Source: Cyanophyceae cyanobacterium
GTDB taxonomy: Bacteria > Cyanobacteriota > Cyanobacteriia > Cyanobacteriales > Laspinemataceae
NCBI GenBank assembly: GCA_038321985.1
Contig: JBBQFN010000033.1
Location: 1-60,175 of the forward strand
DNA: 60,175 bases
Reading direction: 5' to 3'
A program made the position numbers and the translations under genes. Positions within the stretch are counted from its first letter, which is position 1; every line of letters begins with the position of its first letter. The notes under the pieces are model-generated. The model was not told the DNA's origin. It searched no databases and was given only the letters and a program-made list of their open reading frames with translations. Positions 19,154 through 28,861 of the stretch are shown piece after piece.

Positions 19154-20803
19154 ATGACCCTAATTAAATCTGTTCCCATCATGAGGATTCCGGATCCTAA
19201 TGTGGGGAAACAACATATTATCGCTGCGATCGATATGGGGACAAACTCCCTACACATGGTAGTTGTAAAAATTGACCCGACCCTACCAGCCTTTACGATT
19301 ATGACGCGGGAAAAAGAAACCGTACGTCTGGGCGATCGCGACCTAAAAACGGGCAACCTGAAACCGGAAGTTATGGCACGGACCCTTTCGGCGATGCGAC
19401 GCTTCCAGCAACGCGCACAGAGTCTCCAGGTGGAACAAGTGGTTGCTGTTGCCACCTCTGCTATGCGCGAAGCACCGAATGGACGGGACTTTTTAAAGGA
19501 AATTGAAACCGAACTCGGACTCCGGGTCAGTTTAATTTCTGGACAGGAAGAGGCACGACGCATCTACCTAGGAGTGCTCTCGGGTATGGACTTTAATGAA
19601 GAACCCCATATCATTATCGATATTGGTGGCGGTTCTACCGAACTGATTTTAGGGGATGGTCACGAACCGCGTTCCCTGAGTAGTACCAAAATTGGGGCGG
19701 TACGTCTGACGAGCGAATTTATTACGACCGATCCCATTAGTAATAACGAGTTTGACTTTTTGCAAGCGTACATTCGCGGGATGTTAGAGCGTCCCGTGGA
19801 GGAGTTGCAGGGGTGTTTGTACCTAGATGAACTTCCCCGGTTGGTGGGAACCTCGGGAACGATTGAAACCGTTGCTGTGGCGATCGCCCGGGAAAAACAG
19901 GGCATGGAACCCTCCCCCCTCACCGGATATCAATTCAAATTGAAGGACTTAGAAGAGTTTGTGCAGCGATTGCGGAAACTCTCCTATCATCAACGGTTAG
20001 CTATTCCGGGGATGCCGGACAAGCGCGCCGAAATTATCCTCCCTGGGGCTTTAATTTTGCTGGAAGCGATGACCTTGTTGGGTATGGACTCCCTCACGGT
20101 TTGCGAGCGATCGCTGCGGGAAGGCGTAATCGTAGATTGGATGCTCACCCACGGCTTGATCGAGGACCGTCTGCGCTACCAGAGTTCTATCCGTCAGCGC
20201 AATACCCTCAAAATTGCCCAAAAATACCACGTTAATCTCGACTCTGCCGAACGAGTTGCGGGATTTGTCTTGACGTTATTCGATCGCACTCAAGGATTGC
20301 TCCATGAGTGGGGATTAAATGAGCGCGAACTATTATGGTCAGCCGCAATTTTACATAACTGCGGAATTCATATCAGTCATTCCTCTCATCACAAGCACTC
20401 CTATTATCTAATTCGCAACGGGGAATTACTCGGTTATACGGATACAGAAGTGGAAATTATCGCTAATCTGGCTCGCTATCACCGCCAGAGTGAACCCAAG
20501 AAAAAGCACGATAACTATCGAAATTTACCCAGCAAGCAACATCGTAAAATTGTCAGTCAATTGAGTGCTTTGTTACGCTTGGCTGTTGCCCTTGACCGCC
20601 GTCAAGTTGGAGCGATCGCCCAGGTTGATTGCCGCTACTTCCCCGATTCTAAGAAACTGCATTTAATCCTTCATCCCAATACTCCCCAGGATGAATGCGT
20701 CTTAGAACTGTGGAGTCTGGACCAGAAAAAGGCTGTCTTTGAAGAAGAATATGGCATTCAGTTAGTCCCGAAACTAGAACCCATTCCCGTTTCCCGGCGC
20801 TAA
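19154..20803 (+). CDS. ppx: Exopolyphosphatase (Ppx/GppA family)
   Basis: AAIDMGTNS, VATSAMREA, DIGGGSTE, GTSGT, C-terminal HD-like domain (HHKHSYYLI). Confidence 0.95.
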   Translation: MTLIKSVPIMRIPDPNVGKQHIIAAIDMGTNSLHMVVVKIDPTLPAFTIMTREKETVRLGDRDLKTGNLKPEVMARTLSAMRRFQQRAQSLQVEQVVAVATSAMREAPNGRDFLKEIETELGLRVSLISGQEEARRIYLGVLSGMDFNEEPHIIIDIGGGSTELILGDGHEPRSLSSTKIGAVRLTSEFITTDPISNNEFDFLQAYIRGMLERPVEELQGCLYLDELPRLVGTSGTIETVAVAIAREKQGMEPSPLTGYQFKLKDLEEFVQRLRKLSYHQRLAIPGMPDKRAEIILPGALILLEAMTLLGMDSLTVCERSLREGVIVDWMLTHGLIEDRLRYQSSIRQRNTLKIAQKYHVNLDSAERVAGFVLTLFDRTQGLLHEWGLNERELLWSAAILHNCGIHISHSSHHKHSYYLIRNGELLGYTDTEVEIIANLARYHRQSEPKKKHDNYRNLPSKQHRKIVSQLSALLRLAVALDRRQVGAIAQVDCRYFPDSKKLHLILHPNTPQDECVLELWSLDQKKAVFEEEYGIQLVPKLEPIPVSRR

Positions 20804-20852
20804 CTGTTTTGTTCCTAATTTTGCTAACCCTTTAATCCGGTGTCTGCAAGCC

Positions 20853-22067
20853 ATGAATCTCTCTTTTTTTCCCCGGTATGTTCATACTTTAGCTCGGTAC
20901 AAATGGCTAGCCTTGGCAATAGTCACGGCTGGGTTGGGCATTTCCGGAGTCATGGCTTTGCAGATAGAACCCGTTCCCAAATATATTGCTACGGGTTCTT
21001 TAAGGGGAAATCAACCCCCGGATTCTATCTCGGATACAGCCGTGCAAATTATTAATCAAGGGCAGCAATTTTCTCAGCCGGAAGAATTGGTGCGATTACT
21101 GTTGGCAGATAATGTGATTAAAGCCGTAGCAGATAACGTCAATGTTGCTCCGCTAGAAGTCCGCGATCGCCTGTTGTTGAAACTCCCTAGTCCCGAAACA
21201 TCCGGTTCTCTACTGGTGATGTATCGAGATAATAACCCCCAACGGGCCGTCCAAACTGCCTCCGGACTGATGCAGGCCATGGTCCAGCAAAGTCAACTGA
21301 TCAATGCTGCTCGTTTAAATGGAGCGGTGGAACAGCTTAATCTCCGCCTGTCTCAAGCTCGTCAAGAACTCCAATCCGCGCAACAAAGCTTTGATGATTA
21401 TTATGGAGAGGATCAGGCCGAGCGATCGCAATTACAACAACAGGTTACCCTCAAACAAGAAAAATTGACTCAAGTCCAAACCGCCTTGGCAGAAGCGAAA
21501 ACAGCCCAAGGGGAAATCACCAGTAGTTTGAAAATCGCCCAAGCCCCCCAAGTCACCGAAACTAAAGCTAATTTACAGTTTCTCCAAACCTTAGCCTTCG
21601 GTGCGATCGCTGGATTATTCCTGAGTGCTACGGTTATTTTACTCTTGGCTTTCCTGACAAATCCACTCCATTACAAAGCTTTTCGCCGTCAGTTATTAGC
21701 CGCCTATAAGGGCCGATGCCCAATCACCGGCTGCGATGTAGAAGCCGCCCTCGAAGTGTTTCGCCTCGATCCGCATCAGCATACAAGTTCGAGCGATATC
21801 TGGAATGGCTTAATTTTAAGGGCAGATATACAACGATTATTTACCGCCAAACAAATCGCGATCGAACCGGGAACGTTACAGGTGATGCTTTCTCCGGAAT
21901 TAGGAAAAACCAACTACGGCAAATTAGCCGGTAGGCGGCTAACAGTCCCAGAGAATGAAGCGGATAGCCCCAACTTAGACGCCCTAGACGCTCATTATCG
22001 CCAATGTCTCTGGATCACCGATGGGACTCTCGAAACGAAAGAACCAAAAGATTTAGAATCCATTTAA
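20853..22067 (+). CDS. Wzz/Wzc-like two-TM coiled-coil protein fused to a degenerate HNH domain
   Basis: TM1 (RYKWLALAIV...), PKYIATG, coiled coil, SLKIAQAP, TM2 (LAFGAIAGLFLS), then FRRQLLAAYKGRCPITGCDVEAALE...NGLILRADIQRLF. Confidence 0.75.
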   Translation: MNLSFFPRYVHTLARYKWLALAIVTAGLGISGVMALQIEPVPKYIATGSLRGNQPPDSISDTAVQIINQGQQFSQPEELVRLLLADNVIKAVADNVNVAPLEVRDRLLLKLPSPETSGSLLVMYRDNNPQRAVQTASGLMQAMVQQSQLINAARLNGAVEQLNLRLSQARQELQSAQQSFDDYYGEDQAERSQLQQQVTLKQEKLTQVQTALAEAKTAQGEITSSLKIAQAPQVTETKANLQFLQTLAFGAIAGLFLSATVILLLAFLTNPLHYKAFRRQLLAAYKGRCPITGCDVEAALEVFRLDPHQHTSSSDIWNGLILRADIQRLFTAKQIAIEPGTLQVMLSPELGKTNYGKLAGRRLTVPENEADSPNLDALDAHYRQCLWITDGTLETKEPKDLESI

Positions 22068-22486
22068 ACGGTCGGGCAGATGTTGCGTAATTCTACGGAG
22101 AATACGCGGATTCTGTTTAGTTTCAAGTCGTCAAGTTTGTTCGAGTTTACGTCGTCCGTTTTTGTAAAGAAAAGGCTATAAATAAGTAAAACTTTATCAA
22201 AATTTCATACAATTAAGGAACATTTTACAATAGAATAACCCAGGACTCTAAGCCTATAAAAAAGGTTCAATCCTCCCCTAATCAGGGGATGGTGAGGGGG
22301 ATTGAAGGTGAAAAGCTCCGGGGATAAAAAATTTATGAAAACCTTGTGTATTCATGGGTTTTGAAGTTGCAGACCAGGCTATTTTCAATCTCCTTCAAAA
22401 ACAATTTAAAGTTTCTATCTTTGTTGTCCAGATAGCCCAAAAGGAATGCGTATTAGGGAATATCAGTTATCCTAGGCAAGTCCCTT

Positions 22487-22843
22487 ATGCGCCTCTCTAC
22501 TATTCTGGTTCTGTCTACCCTCTTATTTGCCAATCTTGCTCCTAGTGCAAAGTCCTACCCTACAAAGCTGCCTTCTACCCACAGCGAGGGCTTGTTTTCT
22601 CATCAGTCCTTAGAACGCTTCCCCTTACCATCGGACAACAGCCAGATTAACCCTTGCGAGACTCAGGGTAGCAAACCAGGTTGCAGCCGTCGGGATTTGC
22701 CAGTTTCTAGCCAGACCGAATCCCCCCTGTCCAGAATGCTACTTGCTCAAAAGCTAGTCCCTTCCACCCAAGCCGAACCGAACTGTCCGATGATGAAAAC
22801 TCATCATCAAGTTGGACGCGGTAGTGGGCGATGCGAACCCTAG
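22487..22843 (+). CDS. patX: PatX-like exported peptide precursor carrying RGSGR
   Basis: Signal peptide MRLSTILVLSTLLFANLAPSAKS, low-complexity linker, C-terminal RGSGR. Confidence 0.7.
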   Translation: MRLSTILVLSTLLFANLAPSAKSYPTKLPSTHSEGLFSHQSLERFPLPSDNSQINPCETQGSKPGCSRRDLPVSSQTESPLSRMLLAQKLVPSTQAEPNCPMMKTHHQVGRGSGRCEP

Positions 22844-22926
22844 TTGTTCAACAGGCTTTTCCTTTATTGCAAACATCTCTACTACCCCATAGCGTTTTCC
22901 TTTCCGGTATGGCGATATTTGACTCT

Positions 22927-22975
22927 CCAAATCAAAAGCCGGTAGCACTTAAAATGCTACCGGCTTTTGATTTGG
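22927..22975. terminator. Bidirectional terminator with 21-bp perfect stem
   Basis: CCAAATCAAAAGCCGGTAGCA-CTTAAAA-TGCTACCGGCTTTTGATTTGG between convergent genes. Confidence 0.8.
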
Positions 22976-23011
22976 GGAAGATTAAAGAAACTGACCTGGA
23001 AATGGGGGCCT

Positions 23012-23308
23012 TTATTCTCGGCCCCGGGGGTTTTGATAACGGGACAATGCATAGATATCAAATAAGACTCCGACTACGCTACAGGTGAGTCCAATGACGA
23101 CTGCCCCTGGGAGGGGGCGACCACTACCAAAGGTAGATAAGAATTGTAACAACTGCTTAACAACAGATTCACCCAGGTTTGTTAGTCCCGGTAAGTGGGC
23201 AATGACCTCTGCAATGGCTAATCCCACTCCCAGGGTTAGCATGGGGACCGCAAAACTCAGTAAACTGGTTAATAATAGCGATCGCAGAAAACGAGGAAAA
23301 CTATTCAT
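23012..23308 (-). CDS. Small hypothetical membrane protein
   Basis: FLRSLLLTSLLSFAVP...FLSTFGSG.P..G.VVIGLTCS.VGVLFD.Y; ATG 23308 preferred over the long upstream extension. Confidence 0.75.
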   Translation of the reverse strand: MNSFPRFLRSLLLTSLLSFAVPMLTLGVGLAIAEVIAHLPGLTNLGESVVKQLLQFLSTFGSGRPLPGAVVIGLTCSVVGVLFDIYALSRYQNPRGRE

Positions 23309-23494
23309 AAAATAAACAAGGGATACCGATAAACTGTCGAAATCGCCTGAATCTGAAACGCTTTGATTTATAAGATAGGCGCGATCGCACTCCTCAAACA
23401 GTTCTGTCACAAATATTAAATTTTGCTTAAAAAAGTTGTTTAAAATTTGTAAACAACTCCTCCCGTACCTGTCGTCAACCCCCTCACTACTCCT

Positions 23495-24283
23495 TTGACT
23501 CAAACTAAGTCAACCTCAAACTTAAGCCAGTGGTTCCAGCGCTTGATAGCCGCCATCATCCTCGGCGGACAAGTCGTATTTCACCTAGTTTCGGGAAAAA
23601 TCCACCGTCGCAACACTATCGAACAGATGGCCCTTGTGGGACCCGATTCCCTATTTATCGCCCTCCTCACGGCCAGCTTTGTGGGAATGGTCTTCACGAT
23701 CCAGGTGGCCCGGGAATTGCTGAACTTTGGTGCGGGAAGCGCCGTGGGGGGGGTGTTGGCGATCGCCCTAGCGCGAGAACTTGCCCCGGTGTTGACCGCC
23801 ATCGTCCTCGCCGGACGAGTGGGTTCGGCTTTTGCTGCGGAAATTGGCACCATGCAAGTCACCGAACAAATCGACGCCCTCTATATTCTCAAAACCGACC
23901 CCATCGATTACCTCGTTATTCCCCGAGTCCTCGCCTGCTGTCTCATGCTACCTGTGTTGACCCTCCTCTCCTTTGCTATGGGAATGATCGCGGGAATGGT
24001 CATCGCCATCAATTTCTATCCCATTTCCCAAACCGTTTTTCTCGATTCCGTCCGCAGCTTAGTCCAAACCTGGGATATAATCGCCGCCTTAATTAAAGCC
24101 TTGTGCTTTGGCGGGTTAATTGGCGTCATTGGCTGTAGCTGGGGCTTGACCACCAACGGAGGGGCCAAAGGAGTTGGACAATCCACGACAACGGCAGTAG
24201 TTACCTCCCTACTTGCCATCTTTACCTTCAACTTCTTTCTCTCGTGGCTAATGTTTCGCGGGGTGGGTAGTGGGGTGTTCTAA
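23495..24283 (+). CDS. mlaE: MlaE (TGD1-like) lipid ABC transporter permease
   Basis: RELAPVLTA..LAGRVGSAFAAEIGTMQVTEQIDAL, GGAKGVGQSTTTAVV. Confidence 0.93.
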   Translation: MTQTKSTSNLSQWFQRLIAAIILGGQVVFHLVSGKIHRRNTIEQMALVGPDSLFIALLTASFVGMVFTIQVARELLNFGAGSAVGGVLAIALARELAPVLTAIVLAGRVGSAFAAEIGTMQVTEQIDALYILKTDPIDYLVIPRVLACCLMLPVLTLLSFAMGMIAGMVIAINFYPISQTVFLDSVRSLVQTWDIIAALIKALCFGGLIGVIGCSWGLTTNGGAKGVGQSTTTAVVTSLLAIFTFNFFLSWLMFRGVGSGVF

Positions 24284-24360
24284 CCGGATTTACTCACCCA
24301 CCCTCTAAAATAGAAACATTCAATTCTCTATCTGCCTCGATCGCAATACAGGGTAACGTT

Positions 24361-24762
24361 GTGACCACACCTGCTTCGACCTCAACTTCAACCTCAACCT
24401 CTACCTCTACCCAAGAACTGGCTCCCAGTTACGTCCTACCTTGGGCCTTTATCATCGGCAGTATCCCCCTGGTGGCCGTGCAGCCTTGGGCGAGTTTACT
24501 CGTTGCCGCCTTCGGGTTATTTTTAATGGTCCAAGCGGCCACCATTCGTCTGCAATTTACCCCGAAAGCCCTAGATATTTATCGATCAGGAAACTTGATT
24601 CGATCCTTTCCTTACGCGGAATGGATTAATTGGCGAATTTTCTGGCCCGGAGTTCCAATTTTGTTTTACTTTAAAGAAGTGAAAAGCATCCATTTCTTAC
24701 CTGTTTTGTTCGATCCCAAGCAACTTCAAGCCTGTTTGGAGGAACGCTGTCCTCGGATTTAG
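24361..24762 (+). CDS. DUF3119 family membrane protein
   Basis: FPYAEWINWRIFW..PILFYFKEVKSIHFLPVLFD; usual position after mlaE. Confidence 0.85.
   Translation: MTTPASTSTSTSTSTSTQELAPSYVLPWAFIIGSIPLVAVQPWASLLVAAFGLFLMVQAATIRLQFTPKALDIYRSGNLIRSFPYAEWINWRIFWPGVPILFYFKEVKSIHFLPVLFDPKQLQACLEERCPRI
24376..24411 (+). repeat. In-frame hexamer repeat (TCNACY)x6 encoding (ST)6
   Basis: TCGACC TCAACT TCAACC TCAACC TCTACC TCTACC. Confidence 0.8.
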
Positions 24763-25008
24763 GGGTGATTCTCCTTTGCCCGAAGGGGAGGCTTCGCGCA
24801 CAAAAGACGCTGGCTTGCTGGCGGACCAGCTACGAGATCGGCACGGAACTACCAACGATTCTTTTATCCCCATAAAAACCCACCCGATCCCCTACCTTGG
24901 GCGAGTGGCGCGATCGGATCGAGAAGGGTGCGTTTCACAGCACGCATCCGGGCTTTTCCAACTCCTCGATCGCCTCTGGGTAACCTTTAAAGTTTAAAAT
25001 ATTTCCCC

Positions 25009-26331
25009 ATGAATGCAGACGAAACACACAATCTTGAACCCTTAGAAACTCCGGACTCATCCGAATCCCCTGAGCCCGTTGAGGCTCCCTCCTCTGAAGC
25101 AGCGACCACAAATTCCGCTCAAGAGCTAAATCTCTCCGAAGACCTCTGGAAAGATCCCGAACCTCCTGTCCCCTCGCAGGTAGAACCGGAAACCCCGGAG
25201 TTGACCCTAGAAGGGGAGTCCTCCAACTGGGAAGAGGAATCAACTTCTGAGGAATCCACGGCTGAGGAAGTCGCAATTCCACCGTTGGCAATTGAAGAAG
25301 AACCTCCGGCTGAGTCCGTCGCAACTCCACCCTTGGCAATTGAAGAAGAAGCCGCCTCCCTGGGACGACGGGTGGCACAATTACAGGACCAAGAACGAGA
25401 ACTCAAAGTCGCAATTGTGCAATTGCAAGCCAATCGTGCCGGACTTTTGCAAGAACAGGTGGAAACCCAGGCGGCGATCGGGCGGTTGGTCCAGGATGCC
25501 TTAGGCGAACTCGAACAGCGCAAGCACAACTTACAAATCTCAGTAGAACAACTTGAACGCCGACAAGAGCGCATCCGCACGGAAATGCGAACGACTTTTG
25601 CCGGGGTATCCCAAGACCTCGCCATTCGAGTTCAGGGCTTTAAGGACTATCTCTCAGGGAGTTTGCAAGATTTGGTAAATTCCGTGGAACAACTGGAGTT
25701 AACCCCTCCGGAACCAGAACCTGTGAAAATAGCCGCCAAACCACCTGCAAAAACAGGGGTTCGCCCTAGCAGCAGTAGCGCCACCATCCCCACCTTTGCA
25801 GAACAGCCCTTTCAAGACCGTGCAAAAAACATTCGCCGGTTGCTGGATAAATATCGCACTCAGCCGGACTATTACGGTCCTCCGTGGCAAGTTAGGCGGA
25901 CTTTTGAGCCCGTACACGCGGAACGTTTATCGAACTGGTTTTTCACCCAAGGTGCTAGAGGTGCGGTGCGGACGTTGGGGAGTCGCTTACAAAATATTCT
26001 GGTCGCTTCTGCAGCAATTTCGGTCCTCAAAACCCTCTATGGCGATCGCCTCCGTACCCTGGTCTTAGCTAATTCTCCCGAACGTCTCGGCGAATGGCGC
26101 AGGGGTTTACAGGACTGTCTGGGCATTTCCCGGATTGATTTTGGTCCTGAAGGCGGGGTGGTTCTATTTGAAGCCCCGGAAGCTCTTTCCCAAAAAGCAG
26201 ACCGTCTGCTCAAACAGAAGCAAGTTCCCCTAATTTTGATTGATGAAACTGAAAATCAGGTGAATCTTTCCCTACTACAATTCCCCCTGTGGTTGGCATT
26301 TGCTGCCGATCCCGAACTCCCTACTCTTTAG
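25009..26331 (+). CDS. DUF3086 family coiled-coil protein with acidic N-terminus
   Basis: FAGVSQDLAIRVQGFKDYL, PDYYGPPWQ, ERLGEWRRGLQDCLGI; internal repeat VAxPPLAIEEE twice. Confidence 0.85.
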   Translation: MNADETHNLEPLETPDSSESPEPVEAPSSEAATTNSAQELNLSEDLWKDPEPPVPSQVEPETPELTLEGESSNWEEESTSEESTAEEVAIPPLAIEEEPPAESVATPPLAIEEEAASLGRRVAQLQDQERELKVAIVQLQANRAGLLQEQVETQAAIGRLVQDALGELEQRKHNLQISVEQLERRQERIRTEMRTTFAGVSQDLAIRVQGFKDYLSGSLQDLVNSVEQLELTPPEPEPVKIAAKPPAKTGVRPSSSSATIPTFAEQPFQDRAKNIRRLLDKYRTQPDYYGPPWQVRRTFEPVHAERLSNWFFTQGARGAVRTLGSRLQNILVASAAISVLKTLYGDRLRTLVLANSPERLGEWRRGLQDCLGISRIDFGPEGGVVLFEAPEALSQKADRLLKQKQVPLILIDETENQVNLSLLQFPLWLAFAADPELPTL

Positions 26332-26411
26332 GCAATGTGGTCATTGGTCCTGGAATAAGGACCAACCCTCAATATGACTCTAAAATTTCTTAACACTGAG
26401 GCGAAAAGTTT

Positions 26412-27095
26412 ATGAGTTTGTGGCTACTTTTAAATGGGCTTTTGTTAATCGGTGCATACTTGTGTGGTTCCCTGCCGACGGGCTATATTGTGGCTCGACA
26501 ATTGAAGGGAATTGATATTCGTAATGAGGGTTCGGGTTCAACGGGTGCGACAAATGTTTTAAGAACAGTTGGGAAAGGACCTGCTCTGGTGGTGTTTTTG
26601 GTGGATGTTTTAAAAGGGATGGGGGCGATCGCCCTGATGCGTTTTGCTTACGCTTTGCCAGGGCTCCAGGAACTGGGAGCAACGGTGGGACAGGCTTCGA
26701 GTTGGTTGCCTTGGATGCTGATCCTCGCTGGATTAGGGGCTTTGCTGGGTCATACCAAATCGGTCTGGATTAATTTCAAAGGGGGGAAGGCCGTCGCAAC
26801 CAGTTTAGGGGTGCTATTTGCCCTCAATTGGCCGGTGGCACTTGCCGGGTTTGGGGTGTTTGGAATTGTGTTAGCCTTTACCCGAATTGTCTCCCTAAGT
26901 TCGATGTTGGCAGCCCTCGCCTTACCGGGGATCATGTTTGTCATGCATCAACCCTTGTCTTATCAAGTTTTTATGTTAGCGGCTTCGCTCTATGTAGTTT
27001 GGCTACACCGCACTAATATCAATCGCCTGCTTTCTGGCACCGAACCCCGGATCGGCCAAAAGTTATCGCAACCCTCGGAAAGTATTCCCTCTTAG
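26412..27095 (+). CDS. plsY: Glycerol-3-phosphate acyltransferase
   Basis: YLCGSLP, DIRNEGSGSTGATN, FKGGKAVAT, HRTNINRL. Confidence 0.95.
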   Translation: MSLWLLLNGLLLIGAYLCGSLPTGYIVARQLKGIDIRNEGSGSTGATNVLRTVGKGPALVVFLVDVLKGMGAIALMRFAYALPGLQELGATVGQASSWLPWMLILAGLGALLGHTKSVWINFKGGKAVATSLGVLFALNWPVALAGFGVFGIVLAFTRIVSLSSMLAALALPGIMFVMHQPLSYQVFMLAASLYVVWLHRTNINRLLSGTEPRIGQKLSQPSESIPS

Positions 27096-27245
27096 GATGT
27101 CGGGACCGTAGCTAAAAAAACACGAAATTTGTTGACAAAAAGGCGGGAATTTTCCAATAAATTAAGGGGGTAAAATCCGGGTTTTTGTCCTATTTATCTA
27201 ATCGTGTGAGGATGTCATAGGGCCGGGTAAAGTTTTAGTTAAAGA

Positions 27246-27312
27246 AGAAACCGGGTTTCTGGCAACGATTTGTGAGTGATAGGCACAGATGGTGTTAAGA
27301 AACCGGGTTTCT
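27246..27312. repeat. Two copies of the palindromic unit AGAAACCGGGTTTCT
   Basis: Identical 15-mers at 27246-27260 and 27298-27312 between convergent genes. Confidence 0.8.
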
Positions 27313-27361
27313 AACCTCTAGGGTATTCTAGGAGTAGAGCCGATCCTCCCTTGAAGTTGTT

Positions 27362-28171
27362 TTATGTGCCTAGTTGGCGCGATCGCTCGGTAGCGGCCTG
27401 TACGGCTTCGATGCAGGCGGAGCGAAATCCTGCTTTTTCTAATTGGGCAACTCCGGCGATCGTTGTACCTCCGGGACTGGTTACTCGGTCCTTGAGTTCT
27501 GCCGGGTGAAGATTGCTCTCTTGAATCAGGGTTGCAGTCCCCAATACGGTTTGTAAGGCAAGTTGGGCCGCGATGGTTCGAGGTAACCCAGCACGAACGC
27601 CGCCATCTGTCAATGCTTCGATAAAAATTGACACATAGGCGGGCCCGGAACCGGATAAGCCGGTAACCGCATCCATTAGGGACTCGGGAACCTGGACCAC
27701 ATCCCCCACAGCTTGTAACACAGATTTGGCCCGGTCGAGGTGTTCGGGTTGAACCTGGGTGCCAGGGGCGATCGCGGTAATCCCTGCGCCTACGGTAGCG
27801 GGTGTATTTGGCATCGCTCGGACAATCGGCTTGCCCGGAAAGGCCCGTTCTAGCTTACTCAGGGGGACTCCGGCCAAAATTGAGAGGATCACCGGCACTT
27901 GTCCATTCTGGCCTGGGGACGGCAAGGCAGCGATGACGGCTTCAAAAATCTGGGGTTTGATAGCTAAGAGTAAGACCTCTGTCGCGGCGGCTACTTCGGA
28001 ATTGTCTGCGGTGACTCCGACGCCGTACTGTTGGGCTAAAAAATCGCGGCGCTGCTGAACGGGATCGCTAATTAAAATAGCTCCCGGGGGGTAAGTCGCC
28101 AGAGCAATTAGGCGGGATAGGAGAGCTTCTCCCATGACCCCGCCTCCAATAATTCCAAGTTTTACAGACAA
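27362..28171 (-). CDS. proC: Pyrroline-5-carboxylate reductase
   Basis: GIIGGGVMG, LAIKPQ, RAMPNTP, SGSGPAY, VTSPGGTT. Confidence 0.96.
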   Translation of the reverse strand: MSVKLGIIGGGVMGEALLSRLIALATYPPGAILISDPVQQRRDFLAQQYGVGVTADNSEVAAATEVLLLAIKPQIFEAVIAALPSPGQNGQVPVILSILAGVPLSKLERAFPGKPIVRAMPNTPATVGAGITAIAPGTQVQPEHLDRAKSVLQAVGDVVQVPESLMDAVTGLSGSGPAYVSIFIEALTDGGVRAGLPRTIAAQLALQTVLGTATLIQESNLHPAELKDRVTSPGGTTIAGVAQLEKAGFRSACIEAVQAATERSRQLGT

Positions 28172-28252
28172 CGGTTATTAATTCCCTGTAAGGTTTCCAA
28201 GGTCCTTGGTCAACTCGGCTAAGGGTGCGATCGTTGACCAAGAATGTTTAAT

Positions 28253-28861
28253 TTACTGGACCATCCGGACTTGTTCTGGGGTCCAGCTTGTCTGGGTTCC
28301 AGGAGGACGAGCGGTTCGTAAGTGGGGTTGCAAGACGTCATGAACCACACCCGTTTGGGTGCTAACTTGAACACAACTGGGGGTAAACAGGAAGATGCTT
28401 TCCCCGATGCGTTCTTGATGCCCGTCTAAGGCATAAGTGCCACCGGCAATAAAATCAACAGCTCTTTGAGCTTGGTCAGGATCCATCATCGTCAAATTGA
28501 GGACGACGGATTTGCGTTCCCGCAGGGCTTGAATGGCTTGGGGCATTTCTTCAAAGGATTTCGGCTCCATCACCACTACCTCAGAAATGCCGTTTGCTGC
28601 TCCAGGCAGGCCGATTACGTTATTAATAGCATTCATGCTTGATCCCATTGCGCCTTCAGATCCAACCATTCCCATTCCTGTCGGGGTATTCCGCAGGTTG
28701 CTAGCTCGATTCCGACGCGCTTCTGCTTCCGGAGAGGCGGCGGGTTGTTCTTGGTAGAGGTTTTGGTATCCTTCCCCTTCTATTTCGTCGTACTCGTACT
28801 CATAATCAACGGATTCATTGAGTCCGACCATATCTCGTAGCTTAGAAAAAATCGTATTCAC
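28253..28861 (-). CDS. sepF: Cell division protein SepF
   Basis: EPKSFEE...SVVLNL...[17 protein letters not shown]...IFLFTP. Confidence 0.95.
   Translation of the reverse strand: MNTIFSKLRDMVGLNESVDYEYEYDEIEGEGYQNLYQEQPAASPEAEARRNRASNLRNTPTGMGMVGSEGAMGSSMNAINNVIGLPGAANGISEVVVMEPKSFEEMPQAIQALRERKSVVLNLTMMDPDQAQRAVDFIAGGTYALDGHQERIGESIFLFTPSCVQVSTQTGVVHDVLQPHLRTARPPGTQTSWTPEQVRMVQ

Noticed and set aside
22265..22307. Hairpin GTTCAATCCTC...GGGGATTGAAG resembling a type I-D CRISPR repeat
   Set aside because: Single copy, poor match, no leader or spacers.
22317..22350. DIF1-type promoter (TCCGGA) upstream of the patX-like gene
   Set aside because: Only TCCGGG is present, with no correctly spaced downstream element.
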